DNA of 64,000 bases from Lama glama (lineage: Eukaryota), in the NCBI GenBank assembly GCA_028534125.1, contig CM052817.1, positions 9,054,001 through 9,118,000 on the forward strand, given 5' to 3'. The translations under genes and the position numbers were made by a program. Below are positions 51,347-64,000 of this stretch, piece by piece. Each line of letters opens with the position of its first letter. Position 1 is the stretch's first letter. The notes under the pieces are model-generated. The model saw only the letters and a list, made by a program, of their open reading frames with translations, did not search any database and was not told the DNA's origin.

Positions 51347-52994
51347 CCAATGTCTCGACAGCATTCCTGGATTCATCTTTGCCAGTGAGCCGTCAAGACA
51401 AAACATTGGGGTTCACAAACCAGCTTCCCCCCAGTTAGCTGTGCAACCTTGAGGGAACTGTAAGCACTCTAGGCCTCAGGTTACCCACCTACAAGAGGAG
51501 AATAAGGTAGCACTCCCCTCACAGAGTTAATACAGCTGAAGCACTCGTTCCACAGCAAGCGTTCGATAAGTATTAGCTAATGTTTGTACCTGTGTGATCC
51601 GAGAACTCCCACACAACCTCCTCGGGAGTCCTCTCTGCGCCTTGTGGCCTTCCTCTAATCACTAGCCTGGGCCTTCTGGACCACAGGAAGCACGACTTCA
51701 CTTTCTAGAGGGTCATGTGTCACCCCACCACCCGGCAGAGAGCTCTCTGTAACAGGTACCATTGGTGCCTCACCCATGTTGCCTTGGTCCACCCTCGAGG
51801 CCACCTACAGACAGGTCAGCACACACTGAGGGGTCCTCTGCCTCTCTGGCACCTGAGGGTGTTTTCTGGCCACAGAAAATGCCCAGCACTCCTGGGGCTG
51901 GATGGGCTCCGGGTGATCCCTGACACATCCACCAATGCAGGACAACACAGCGACTGAGATGCTCAAAACTGTCTGCGGGGTTCAGTTTAAAAAAAACCAT
52001 GAAGAACTAGTTGGACAATCAGCGGGAAAGAAAACAAAACAGTATTTTTATAAAGCAAGAGAGGGAAAATATAACTAGTTATTTTCAGATCAGTGTCTCT
52101 GGTGAGGGATTTAGGATTTTTGTGTACCTGGTGAATTTGTCCTACACCTCACAAATGACAAGATAATGGCAGAACGGCAATGCTGGATGGAAAAATACAG
52201 ACCGCCTCTGTAGAGCTGGTAAATAGGCACTACCCCAAATGACTCTGCTCAACCCTCTCCCTCCCTGGCTTATCCCCCGAGGCTCCTGGGTCAGCAATGA
52301 AGGAGTTAAAGCATGGTTTAGCCATACCTCCAGGGACCAGGTCCAGCTCCTTGACCAGAACCTGCTCTGATTGGCCCAGAACCACAGTAAACAGGAATGT
52401 GCCTATCAGATCACCTTCCGCAGGCAGCTTCCTTGACTCCCTAAATGGTGTCAGGTGCCCCTCTCTCTGCCCTCCACCCCGCAATGCTTCATGTCCATCA
52501 CAATCTATGTCACTATGTACTGCCTACACACGAAGGGCGTATGCATGTTCACACACACACACACACTGGGCAGGATTTACATCTATTATTCAGTAGCACC
52601 ACGTCTGGCACATGGCAGGTGCTCAATAAAGCCTAGCTGAATGGTTGAGCGCATAGATGGAGGGAGGGCCTGATGCATCACTGGAGATTTGCAAATTTTT
52701 TTGTTTCTATCCTGATTGGTATAACCAAGGCATTTTCTAAAGTGGTTAGGACACATCTGAATATATCTTTCACACTTAGTCAAATACAAAACAGTTCACT
52801 ACACCGCACTTCTGGCTATGCCCATACTAGTTGTGTGTCTAAGAGCCAATGGCTTAACCTGTCCAAGTCTCATAGAAGCCACGGTGTAACCCAGACTTTA
52901 GAAGGCAGCTCACTCTCAAGGTCATGAACACAGCCTCAGCCTATGTGTGAAAGACAGGTCCCAGAAAAAATGCCATTCCAATGGGTTGGGATGT

Positions 52995-53210
52995 GAAAAA
53001 GCATTTGCTGAGTCCTTGTCACGTGCCAGATATGTTTTACTTGTCACATCACTTTAACCTCACAAAAACACTAATAGCAGTTGATACTATCCCCATTTTA
53101 CAGATGAGAGAAACACGGAGCTTGATAAATCTTACCCAAGGATACAAAGTTAATAAGAAGTATGGCCAACCTCAGGATTCAAACCCTGGACAGCCTGACT
53201 CAGAGCAAAT
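52995..53210 (-). mobile_element. MIR SINE
   Basis: tatccccattttacagatgagagaaac..caggattcaaaccc. Confidence 0.88.
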
Positions 53211-55139
53211 GGCTTTCTACCTAATCCCCAAAGCAGGTCTTCTGACTCAAGACTATGGCTTGGCTTTTCTCTCTGAGAAGTAGGTGGCCAAGGAGCTCAG
53301 GGTCTCCTGAATGTTCCCTAAGGGGTGTAGAGTTGTGACTGCACAAGACACAGGAGAGAACAGGAAGATTCTAGGAGATGCACACTGGACTGGCAACAGG
53401 CTGCTAGCATCCTGTGTGATGTCCATTGCCAAGAAACACCCCAACGTGTTTTCCTTATAGCAGAATTCAGAGAGACAAGACTCTACCCCCTGAAGACTGG
53501 GGCCAGGCCTTGCTCATCTTTCCATCACACCTACCAGGCTTAAGAACTGTCTATGGGCTTCAGCTGAATTGTATTTTTAAGACAGTGCTTTTAAACTGAA
53601 GGGTATTTTCTAAGTATTAAGGAAGTGGGAGGAGGGGAAAAAACAAAAACTATGAAAATTGGAGAAGGTCCAAAGTATGAAGAGATTTATTTAAAAAATA
53701 AGAATTAAAGGAGCTTAAAGCACACAACTTGGCTAGCAGGCAAAATATAACAAGCGTAAGAACCTAAGATGCACTCAGCTTCCTCATCTGTAGAATGGAA
53801 ACACCGTATTGAGATAAAGTTTTAGTGCTCAGGGAGCCATCCTGATGACATGGCAGGGGCTTCTGAAAGGTCTGGAGCAGGTATGGAAGCAGTGGGGCCA
53901 CATTCCAGGTATTCTTCGGACATCACAGGAATGCTCTCTTGCTTTCCTTCTCCAGAGAGCCTCGAGGAGGTTAACCTTGGACCTGTCTAAGGACATCTAG
54001 CGACCAAAGCACCCAAAGGCTCATGTCATGTTAAAATGTAGTTTTTCTTAGGACACAGAGCCAAGCCATGTGGAAGTTGTGCAGGGTCTTTGATTCTTGA
54101 TTCCATGTCTTCTTGCTTTTACTGTGCCTCAACATCCTTTTTTGGCGATGATCTTCCTCTTCACACCCATGTACCATCCTGTGCCCTAACAAGGCACGTT
54201 ACTGCTGCTCATATGAGAATGCCAGCCAGGAGGCTGGGAACAATCAGGGTGTTCTTTTGACCGTGCACCCCTCCTCCCCTTCTCTCTGGCCTGGTTGAAG
54301 GTAGTGTTCTCACTTGACCCTCCCAAGATCCAAACAGGCTGGGCAGCCATGACCCAGAGATGAGGTACCATCTGCCTTGGCCTCCAACAGGTGTGGGAGG
54401 GGCCCCTGATTGCCCTCTGGACCAGTATTTGCCCCACTTCACTAGATGTCCTGCAGCCTGCGTCCTGACTTCACATGGCTCCCCAGGTAAGTCCTATGGC
54501 TAAGAGGCAGCTTTGGAACTCTAACCACCGTGATCAAAGCCCATTTCCACTTAGCATCTGTGTGACCCTGGCTGTTAAGAGTTGAGGGAGCCTCGTTCTT
54601 CTCTGGAAGAAAGCTTAGTGGGTTGCACAGATGGCCCTTGCCTCGTCACATTTCACCAGTGTACACATGCTGGAACATCTTGCCTGTGACCTCTACCATC
54701 TACATCAAGCTAGTGCAAAAGGCAAATCTCTCCAAGACAGTCATCCATGGCAAGTTTTCCCAACCTTTTGTGAAGCCTGAAATATTAGAGCAGAAAGAGT
54801 GAATCCAGTCTGACTCCCTTATCTTAAAGTCATCCCAGGACAGAGAGGAGCAGTAACTGGCCTGAGGTCACACAGCTAGTTGGTGGCCGAGCTGGGTCCA
54901 CAATCCAGGACTCTTGACAATTAGCCTCACGCTAGGCAATAAATCTGCAGCAATGGGACCCACAAAGTTATCAAGTTCGCTGACGACATACTGTGCACCA
55001 GGGACCGGGACTTTATGTTCATGATCTCACCTCATGTTGCAGGGACCCTAAGAAGTGGTTGTCATTATCCCCATGTATGAGTGAGAAAATAGTAAACAGA
55101 GTCATAACCCACTACAAACGTGCACTAGGTGCAAGGTGC

Positions 55140-55694
55140 TCCTCTAGTGTGTCTGCGGCGGGGGGAGGGGGGATGAGGGCGGAGGGCACGCAGGCGCATG
55201 TGCAAACGCTCATTTGCGAATTTGATGCTCATAAAAAGACTTTGAAGAGGCACAATATTGCTCTCATTTTACACAGGAGGAAACTGAGGTCTGAACATTA
55301 AGTAACGTGCCCATCATAGGGTTGGTAAGTGACACAGTTGAAATGTGAATCCAAAAAGTCAGTCCGCAGAGACCATTTCTCAAGTGAGGGAGGGCGAAGT
55401 TCTTGATCTTGGCCATACAGAACCAAGATTCACCCTAAGCCCAAATTACTCTGGAATCTAGGGTCTTCCATCACCCCTCACTCACCCCTGGCCCCTCCTG
55501 GTGTCTTTCTGTGTCTGAGGCCCTGGGGACAGCTAGTGGCCTTTCTAGGGGCTTCGTTGAGTCGTGGAGCCAAGCAGAGTAGCCCTGAAAAATCCTGCAG
55601 ACCTGGGGGCCTGCAGGGTCCGGTCGGAACTGCGCTAGGGATTAAGGGGAAAGAACGCGATTTTGTTTCTGCCTGGCCCCTGGCCAGGATACTG
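55140..55694. promoter_or_regulatory. CpG-enriched, GC-box/G4-bearing flank of a gap; possible promoter/CpG-island edge
   Basis: G-runs 55160-55186, GGGCGG 55177, GCGCATGTGC 55194, clustered CpGs in 55555-55660. Confidence 0.4.
55486..55634 (-). other. Candidate 149-nt exon (non-coding or UTR)
   Basis: Minus strand: acceptor ttctttccccttaatccctag|cgcag, donor ccaggg|gtgagt. No recognisable protein. Confidence 0.3.
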
Positions 55695-56194
55695 NNNNNN
55701 NNNNNNNNNNNNNNNNNNNNNNNNNNNNNNNNNNNNNNNNNNNNNNNNNNNNNNNNNNNNNNNNNNNNNNNNNNNNNNNNNNNNNNNNNNNNNNNNNNNN
55801 NNNNNNNNNNNNNNNNNNNNNNNNNNNNNNNNNNNNNNNNNNNNNNNNNNNNNNNNNNNNNNNNNNNNNNNNNNNNNNNNNNNNNNNNNNNNNNNNNNNN
55901 NNNNNNNNNNNNNNNNNNNNNNNNNNNNNNNNNNNNNNNNNNNNNNNNNNNNNNNNNNNNNNNNNNNNNNNNNNNNNNNNNNNNNNNNNNNNNNNNNNNN
56001 NNNNNNNNNNNNNNNNNNNNNNNNNNNNNNNNNNNNNNNNNNNNNNNNNNNNNNNNNNNNNNNNNNNNNNNNNNNNNNNNNNNNNNNNNNNNNNNNNNNN
56101 NNNNNNNNNNNNNNNNNNNNNNNNNNNNNNNNNNNNNNNNNNNNNNNNNNNNNNNNNNNNNNNNNNNNNNNNNNNNNNNNNNNNNNNNNNNNNN
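55695..56194. other. Assembly gap, 500 N
   Basis: Run of n. Confidence 0.99.
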
Positions 56195-56430
56195 GGAAAG
56201 TTCCAAAAAACAAAACATTAATTTTATGTACCAGCAACTATTTACATTGTATTTATAACTATTTACATAGCATTTACCTCAGATGAGGGATTACAGGTAA
56301 TCTGGAGATGATTTAAAGTATGCAGGAGAATGCGTGTAGGTTATGTGCAAATATTATGCCATTTTATATTAGGGACTTGAGCATCCAGGATCTCGGTATC
56401 TCCAGCGGTCCTGGAACCGATCCTTATGAG
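56195..56430 (+). mobile_element. Tigger3/MER7-like DNA transposon, truncated by the gap
   Basis: caactatttacatagcatttac..taatctggagatgatttaaagtat..gggacttgagcatcc..gtcctggaacc. Confidence 0.85.
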
Positions 56431-56921
56431 TACCTGACTTTGGCCCTGTGATCGCAGAGCTTGCGGTGGTTGCTGCTTCCTACACTTACATCTCTGTTAC
56501 CTCAGTGTTTCCATTTTGCTTTCTTAGCCCTCCAATGCCTGCTTTAACCAGTCTTCCACAGTAGATGCTGGTTGTTAAAATAATGTGATTTCTGTTTTCC
56601 TGTCTGGAACATGATGAATGTTCTGCCAGCTTCACACTTTCAAGTTTTGTTCGTTTTTGTTTTTTTTTTAACAAATTTCCTCTATCAGATTATGCCCTTT
56701 CGCCTTGATGCCTTTGCACTCAGTAGTCCTTCCCCCTGAAATCCCACCCCTTAGTTCCTCTGTCCCAGCGACTCCTTCCCATAACTCAATAGCAGTACAT
56801 CTGCTGTGCTATTAATTTTCTTCCCTGCACTGTAAGCATCTTGAAAACAGGAACTCTGCCTTCTTGTCTTTGCTATGTCCCTGTATTCCCGCAGTGCTGA
56901 GCACAATTCCTAGAATGTCAT

Positions 56922-57348
56922 AGTATTAGAGAAACAGAACCAATAGGATGTAGGAGATACATGTATTATAAGGAACTGGCTTATACAGTTACAGAGGCTG
57001 GCGAGTCCCAAGATCTGCAGGGTGAGTTGGCAAGTTGGAGACCAGGAGAGTCTATGGCTCCAGTCCAAAGGCTCTGAGGCTCAAGATCCAGGAACAATGT
57101 TTCAGTTCAAGTTCAAAGGCAGGAAAAATTCTCTTTCATTTGGTAAAGGATCAGCCCTTTTGTTCTAGTCAGGCCTTCAACTCATCAGACAAGGCCCACT
57201 CACATGAAGGATGCTTTACTCAGGCTACTGATTTAAATGCTAATCTCACCCCCAAAATACCATCACAGAAACACTGGGATTAATTTTTGATCAAACATCT
57301 GGGCACTCCATGGCCCAGTGAAGTTGACACATAAAATTTACCATCCCA
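56922..57348 (-). mobile_element. ERVL LTR (MLT2-like)
   Basis: agagaaacagaaccaatagga..tattataaggaactggct..aagttgacacataaaatttaccatc. Confidence 0.9.
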
Positions 57349-57379
57349 ATAGTGAACACTCACTGTACAGTGGTTAGTT

Positions 57380-57590
57380 TAGTTCTGGTATGAAATGGGA
57401 TGCTATAACCAGCGTGACCTGGATTCAAACCTGAATCCACCCCTTTCTAGCTTGTGTGACTCAAGGCATGTGACTGTATTCTCTGACCTCTGCTTCCTCA
57501 TTTGAAGGTTGGAATGGCCATGCCTGCCCCTCAGGGCTATTGTGAAAATTAAAAGAGCTCATGATAAGTGCCTAACACATTTGCTAGACC
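57380..57590 (+). mobile_element. MIR SINE
   Basis: gacctggattcaaacc..ctctgcttcctcatttg..agggctattgtgaaaattaaa. Confidence 0.8.
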
Positions 57591-59459
57591 AGAGAAAACG
57601 ACAGACGTGTGTTGAGTGCACCCTCACCATGTGGAAGGCAACTGCGCTAAAATCCCCAGGTGTGGGCTCATCACATGTCACCTTCTCTTGGGCTCCTGGT
57701 TGGACATGCCATTACTCTTGACCAGGCTAAGAAGCCAGATGTCTGGGACCCCGAGCTGAAGGAAGTTATGCAGATGGATCTTTATTCTTTGGAGACCAGG
57801 AAACACCGCAGCCAAAAAAAGGAGAGATTCCTACAGGTGGGTGGGGTGGGGAAGGAACCTGGTCATTCAAGGTCTTAGGAAGCCACAGGCCTGAGAAACG
57901 GTATGCAGGCTGAAGTTACTGATCAAAAGAATCTAAGCTTTCTGCTGGGCTCTCACAAACAGCCCGACCTGGGTCAGAGGCTCTCGGTCCTGCTTTTGAC
58001 CCAGTAAATGTCCTCAGGTTTCACAGAAATAAAATACACAGCTCTCTAGTTGCTGTTCTCTTGACAGTGAGGGAAGTGGCTGGGTTCCTGGCCCTTCCCC
58101 TCCAGCAGGGCAGGGTCAAGTTCATTTCCTCCTGCGGGGGTTCCTGCTCCTTCGCTTTAGAAGCAGACCCAGGCCTACCACGGCTCTGCAGCTCAGCTGT
58201 TTGGCCTTGTTGGGTAAAATTGTTTCATTTTCCAGATCCTCAGTCCTTCCTTTTGTAAAATAAGATAAATAATACATACTTCTCTAAGCTTTATTAACAA
58301 CAGGGATGTACTGAATTCCTAGGCCTAGCAATCACCTTAACAGCTCTAGGAGGGACAACTTCATGTCATCCAAGGTCCTAACCTCACAAAGGCCATCCTG
58401 AGACTTTCAGTAACCTTTGAACAAGGTGCCGACATTTTCAGCTAGTACTAGGCCCTGAAAATACTGCAGACAACCTTGGTTCTAAGAAACAGGAAGTACT
58501 CTTATCCTCCTTTTACAGATGAGTAAATTATGGCACAGAAAGGTTCTGTTTCTTGTCCAAGGTCACACAGCTAGTAAGTGGCAGAATAAGGAAGTTTCCT
58601 TTAGAGCCATGTGTTTTGTTTTTAACTACTTCTGGATAGTGACTTAGTAAGAGAATTCCATAAAAAACCATTAGTTAGTGCTTTATAATTCTGAGTCGCT
58701 TGCTATGATTAGACTGAGGGGTTGGCCACAATAAAGTCACTTCCCTGGAAGCTGGGTGAGGGAGACTTTCTTAAAAGGGCAACAGTGTGTGGGGGTGAGG
58801 GGTGGGAGGGAGTACCTGATACAAATACTCTGGGAAAGAGACAAGAAATCAGAAAGGAGACAGAGCCCAGGGTAGTCTCCCACCCTGGGAGCCCCAGACC
58901 TCTGGTTCTGGATCACAGAATAATCAAGATGTCTCAAGCCTATCTCTTTATCCTGGGGAAAGGGGTGGGGGTGGGGGATGGGTTGCCAGTCAACTGTGAA
59001 GAGGTTCCCTCCAGGAAGCAACAGGACTAGAGAGACAGGACTGGGCTGCCGCACCGGTTGTTTGGGACTTAGAGGGCAAGGCTCCCAAGGCAGGATTAGG
59101 AGCGAATCAAGGCTTATGTATCTGGAACCAAAGAGAAAGACAAAGGCTGTGGCAGGAGCAGGAAACTGCATCCTGCCTCCCCGGACTTGGTTTAATCCTT
59201 TTTTTCACTTCTTTTTATATTTGTTTTTGCCTCTGTATTTGGTATGTTTTGTTTGTTTTAATTCTAGTAAGTTCAAATATGCTTAAAAGAATTAGGAGAA
59301 TGGACTTGTGGTCACACACTGGCCAGAATTTAAAAGGGGGTGAAAACAATATGTGCCCACTAACCCTGCCATGTGCTGTGGTGGTGGTAGCTGAGTCACA
59401 AAGCATGGTCAGGAGGAAGGGGTAGGTCCTTCAGATTAGCTTGGTGTCCCTGGATCGGT

Positions 59460-59625
59460 CTTCTACCCTTTTAATGGGCACATACTAAATCACCAAGACG
59501 CCTGGTTAAAACGCATGCTGACTCTGCTTCAGGAGGTCTGGGTGGGGCCTGAGACCCAGCGCTGTTGCCAGGTTCCCTGATGGTGTGGCTGCTCCTGGTC
59601 TGCAGCCCTGACCTAGAGCAGCAAA
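59460..59625. mobile_element. MER5A-like MITE
   Basis: aatcacc..ggttaaaacgcatgctga..ggtctgggtggggcctgaga. Confidence 0.78.
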
Positions 59626-59944
59626 GTCCTAGAAAGGGGCCAGCCCCTGGAGCTCTGGGCCACTAGTCAGGTATGATTTAGTGTGAAAATGCGAAGAGGA
59701 GATAAATCCCAGCATGCTGTTTCTGGGGAAGAAGGCATCCCTTCAAACAAAACCTGAAAGTTCTTGGGGCGACCACTGCAGAGAGAATGGCTGGGAGGAA
59801 AGACACCTGAACATTTTCACTGAGAACTTTAACTTCTTTTTGGTGAGGTTCAGTATCCTTTAGGTATGACCAGAAGCCCCAGGTGTGTCTGGTACAGCTC
59901 CTGCCTTTCCAAGGTGTTTGAAACTCCCCCCATGAGGAAACGTG

Positions 59945-60200
59945 ACCAGGTTTTATTAAGACAGCATTTCCTCAAGTATGCCTGGCTCAAAATAGTTGTT
60001 CCAAGGTGTTAATTGATGCTGTACAAAAAAATGAGTGTTCTGTGATGGAATTAATTAGGGAAACACTGACTCAACAATAAAGTTGGACGCATTACTTTAC
60101 TGCGGGAATCTTCAGAGCATGTCCGTGGTAATTAACTAAGATGGAAACATGACATACAGCATTCCCTGATCTTGTTTGACTATATAAACCTCTTTTTCTA
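59945..60200. mobile_element. Probable old hAT-Charlie remnant
   Basis: acagcatttcctcaagtatg..tagggaaacactg..cagcattccctgatcttgtttgac. Confidence 0.45.
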
Positions 60201-60509
60201 TCCAGAACACTCCTTCTCTTTATTAGCAAGTAAATAAGTGCCAATTACATCAAGAAAATGCTGGGGGTGGGGAGGTTCCTTATTTCTTTCAGCAGAGATC
60301 TTTTTTTTTTGAGTATTCAATATGGGTAGCAGGGCAGTGAAATGAACTCTCCTGTACCACTGATGTGGATTTAAATTGGTGCGAGCCTCTTGCAAAGTGC
60401 TTTGGAAGAATGAAGAAAAAGCAATAATAAATTTTATAAACTTTTAAACAATACATTAAATTCTGTAATTGTACAGATTTTTTACGTAACCCCAAGTAGA
60501 AAGGTTTTC

Positions 60510-60645
60510 TTAGATAAGCAACGAGGATATACTGCAGAGCACAAGGAATTATAGCCATTATCTTACAGTAACCTGCAAAAATACCAAATCATGCTGTACA
60601 CCTGAATCTAACATAATATTGTCGATCAACTATAGTTAATTGTTT
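60510..60645 (+). mobile_element. Short L1 3'UTR fragment with internal deletion
   Basis: tagataagcaacgaggatatactgcagagcacaaggaattatagcca joined to tgctgtacacctgaatctaacataatattgt. Confidence 0.75.
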
Positions 60646-60734
60646 ACAGTTAAATTGTCTATGATAGTGTTCCTCAATGTAATACTATAAAGCCATTAAA
60701 AATGTCTATGAGATACAGAAGTGTGCTTATGTTA

Positions 60735-61202
60735 TTATGGGAGAGTGACTGCAAACTCAAAATACATTTCTTCACCCCTCTTTCTGTCTCTGACCGTAGC
60801 AATGACTAACCTTTTCCCATGAGCCATGGAAGTGACCTGCCCAGCCCTGGAATCCAGGCTGGCCTGGTGACTTGCACAGGCAATAGCCACAGTGGCGATA
60901 ATGATGCTCCATTTCTGCACCCAAGCCTCTCGTGCTTCTGCTCTCTCTCTCGGAATGTTGCCACCATCACACATACAAGTCCAGGCTGGCTTCCAGGAGG
61001 ATGAGAGACCAAGTGCAGGAGAGCTGTGAATCCCAAACAGATGAGATTACCCTGCCAAGATCACCTGGTGGCAGACTCATGAGTAAGCTCAGTTGAAACC
61101 GGACTGAGGAATCTTCCAGCCAACCCCTGGGCTTATTAGCAATCATAAATAGTTCTTATTTTAATCCGCTGAGTTTTGGGGGTGGCAATAGACAACTGCT
61201 AG
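60735..61202 (+). mobile_element. MaLR LTR (MLT1F/G/H-like) inside an old L1 remnant
   Basis: gaatccaggctggcctggtgacttgc..aataaa-like aatcataaatagttcttattttaatccgctgagttttgggg. Confidence 0.7.
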
Positions 61203-62233
61203 AGCTATAATATAATATAAAAGGAAAAAACACAGGATATAAAATTGCATCAATTAATAGGAAATAATTATAAAATAATTAGGGACCAAAAGGAAGTTGG
61301 TATACATGAAAATGTAATGAATGTTTTAGGACAGCAAGCCTATTGAAATACTGATGTATTTTTCTTTATCTTTCTACCCCTTCTGCATTTCCACACTTCC
61401 CCTGATGTGTATGCATTACTGTCGTAATGTTTGCCTATCATAAAAATGGTTCACTTAAAATAATAATTTTGGAGTCTGATGTGTAGTTGGCACCTGCCGG
61501 CCACTCTGGGATCTACACTGGTCTAAGGAAAGTGTGTGTGTCCTGGAAATCATAAAATATTCTAGAGCCTGCAGGTGTTGTAGTTTTTATTATAGTACAT
61601 GCTTTCATAATTGCCAAATGCTCTAATATGATGCGGCTCTTTCTGCTCTAAAATTGGTAGGTTTTCACAATTTATTCTGATTTGAGGCAGGAATGTGAGT
61701 ATTAACCCTAAAAAGCTAGAAAAGTAACCACTTGAGAACTTGAGCCAACTTCCTTGTCACTAAATAACACATAACAGCAGTAATGCCCACGTCTCCTGCC
61801 TATGTCATTCAGAGACTTCTCACGCTAAATAAAGCCGAGCTTTCATCTTGAATGTTAGCTCTGGAAACACAGCAAGTATGGAGCAACCCCTGAACTGTTT
61901 ACAGAGACAGTAAAATGAGGAACACATCCCGTCAGGATAAAAGCTGCTTTATGGTGTCCCTCTTTGAAAGTTTGGCTAAAATTGAGAAGGATACTTTGTA
62001 GTTCCAGAGTAACTTTCATCCCAGCATCTGAAAGCATTTTATTGACATACACCTTTAATTTACACAGCCTCCTGAGGGTAAGTAGCCAGTTTTACTGTTC
62101 CCATTTTACAGGTAGAAAAAACAAGGCGGAAAGATACCAGAAAAGGATGTGTAGTAGTTAAATGTCTTTGGTTGTAAGCAACAAAAAATGGTTGGCCAAT
62201 ATAAGCCCCCCAAAAAGTATATACACATATACA

Positions 62234-62281
<48 letters not shown>
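62234..62281. repeat. (ATAG)12 microsatellite within an old MaLR-like LTR (about 62150-62590)
   Basis: Repeat directly visible. Host begins ctttggttgtaagcaacaaaaa. Confidence 0.9.
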
Positions 62282-63009
62282 GTAGATTTATATGATGTGA
62301 GAAAACACATGACTATGAAGAAAGGAAACTGTGTAGCTCCAGGTCCCAAGGCTCCTGGAACCAAGGGGAAGCCTCTTCAGGGTGCTGGTGTCAATGAAGC
62401 AGCCACAGCCATGTCTCATTACTATGTCACTCCATTCAAAAGCCAAACTCCAGAGGCACAACTCCTGACCCTTCTAGTCTGGATCTCAGGCCAACCCTGT
62501 GAGTGTTATACAACGTGGCTGAGGGGTAATTCCTAAAATGAAACTCAAAAGAAAGAAAGTGAATGTTGGACAGGCCAAAAACTACCTATGCATGTTATAG
62601 GATGGATGAAAATAAAGGAAAGCTTTTACAGATTTCTGCCGGCCTATCACTCTGCCCTTCCTGGAATCAACCAGAAGCTTCTGGAAGCCAGGGGGGAGGG
62701 TGTATCCTCGAACCTATCCCACAGCCCACCACAAGGTTCTGTTCAATAAAGTCTGAATTGATACATGCATCATTTGTTGTCTGTGCCATCCTTGACAGAA
62801 ATATTGAGGAGTGATTCATGTGCACAATTTCTTTCCCACCAGTTTCCACACACTTCAACACTCCAGGCCATTTTCTGTTTGCAGACCCCTTCCCAGTGGG
62901 CAGTGACTGTTTTCCTACCCAGCAAATCCCCCATCCCCTAGAGCTGTTCATCCCCAAGGATGTGTTCAGAACTAGTTCTAGGGTGGCCCATCCAGGATTA
63001 GTTACATCT

Positions 63010-63190
63010 TAAATCTGAGGCCTCGTCTGCCTTAATTTTCTTGTTTGTCAAATAGGAATAGATAATGATTCTATTTCAGAGAGTTATTATGAGGATTACT
63101 AGAAATATTTGTACAGCACTTAGAGTTATCTTGGCACATACTAGGCACTGTGTGTCGCCTTCTGTCACCATCATCATCATCATCATATTA
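63010..63190 (+). mobile_element. MIR SINE 3' part with (CAT)n
   Basis: cagagagttattatgaggatta..gtacagcacttagag..tggcacatactaggcact. Confidence 0.8.
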
Positions 63191-64000
63191 CCACTGTTCT
63201 TACAATGGAACACTGCATAAAACCACTGAAGTTTCAGGATTTATTTATGATAAGACTTGGCATTGCATTAATTAACCCATGTTTCTAAAGCTGAAATTTG
63301 GCCTGCTCGAAATCCTCTGATTTCTGCCCATCAGCCTTGGGATCTAGTCCAAGGTTCCCTGGATTTGGACCTGCTGAACATTCCAATCTCATCTTCCACC
63401 ACTAAGGTCACACATTTCACCTCCAGTAATACCCAACTACATATAAATCCCCCACATCCAGGATTGTTCATACAACTTTCTGTCTCTGTCTCCCTGGTGT
63501 TTGGAATACCTTTCCTATTTTTTATCACAAATTTAGTTCATTTACCTCCAAGGATCACTTCAAGTACAATATATCCTAGAAAACCTTTCCTGCCACCACG
63601 GTTCAAGCTAAGTTCCCCTCCCTTTTGAGTTTCCCTCTATCTCCACATATAACAAATTACACTGAAATCCCTGATTATGTGGCAATCTGGTCTGCCTCAT
63701 AGATTTCAAGGGAACACCATGAGGAGGGTCCATGGCTTATCTCCTGTGATATTCCCAGCCCCAAGCCTGTAGCCAGGGCTCCACATACGATTACTGAAGC
63801 TTGTACTGAAATCTTTCTCATTCCAGCTGATTCATTTGCAAGGCTAGTGGTCTATTTTTTTTGTTCACAAGGCATCTTCATTACTTAAAAGTATTCCCAG
63901 AAAGCCTTGAATTATCAAAGAAATCCAATCTTAGTCATCCAATCCCTTTCTCTCACTTGGATCATATAAGAATCCTAGAGCTTACTAGATCCAGGAAAAT

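Noticed and set aside
55478..56286. ORFs of 200-246 aa
   Set aside because: Mostly N-gap; length is not evidence of coding.
58737..59171. 144-aa minus-strand ORF
   Set aside because: Pro/Leu/Ser-rich reading of G-rich DNA; no homology recognised.

Overview
Mammalian nuclear DNA, very probably camelid (alpaca/llama/camel). The lineage call rests on two tRNA-Ala-derived SINEs of Vic-1 type and two young L1 3' ends of the camelid L1 type, recognised from memory of consensus sequences and not by database search. I find no intact protein-coding gene, functional RNA gene or CRISPR-like array in the 64 kb. The ORF track is explained by chance ORFs, ORFs spanning N-gaps, and one L1 ORF2 C-terminal fragment. 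The window reads as a large intron or intergenic region dense in ancient repeats (MIR, L2, MaLR/ERVL LTRs, hAT/Tigger DNA transposons) with two 500-N placeholder gaps. I could not identify the locus, and I see no convincing new biological system. The most worthwhile leads are: (1) a CpG/GC-box/G4-rich stretch with a well-formed minus-strand exon running into the second gap, a possible unassembled promoter; (2) two repeat-free islands with homeodomain/T-box motif clusters (one also with TCF and FOX sites) that share the same 10-mer; (3) a near-complete ancient MaLR LTR-internal-LTR element with a nested LTR; (4) a 5'-inverted, internally deleted young L1; (5) a possible very old LINE reverse-transcriptase fossil. 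Repeat subfamily names and most repeat boundaries are approximate, by eye.
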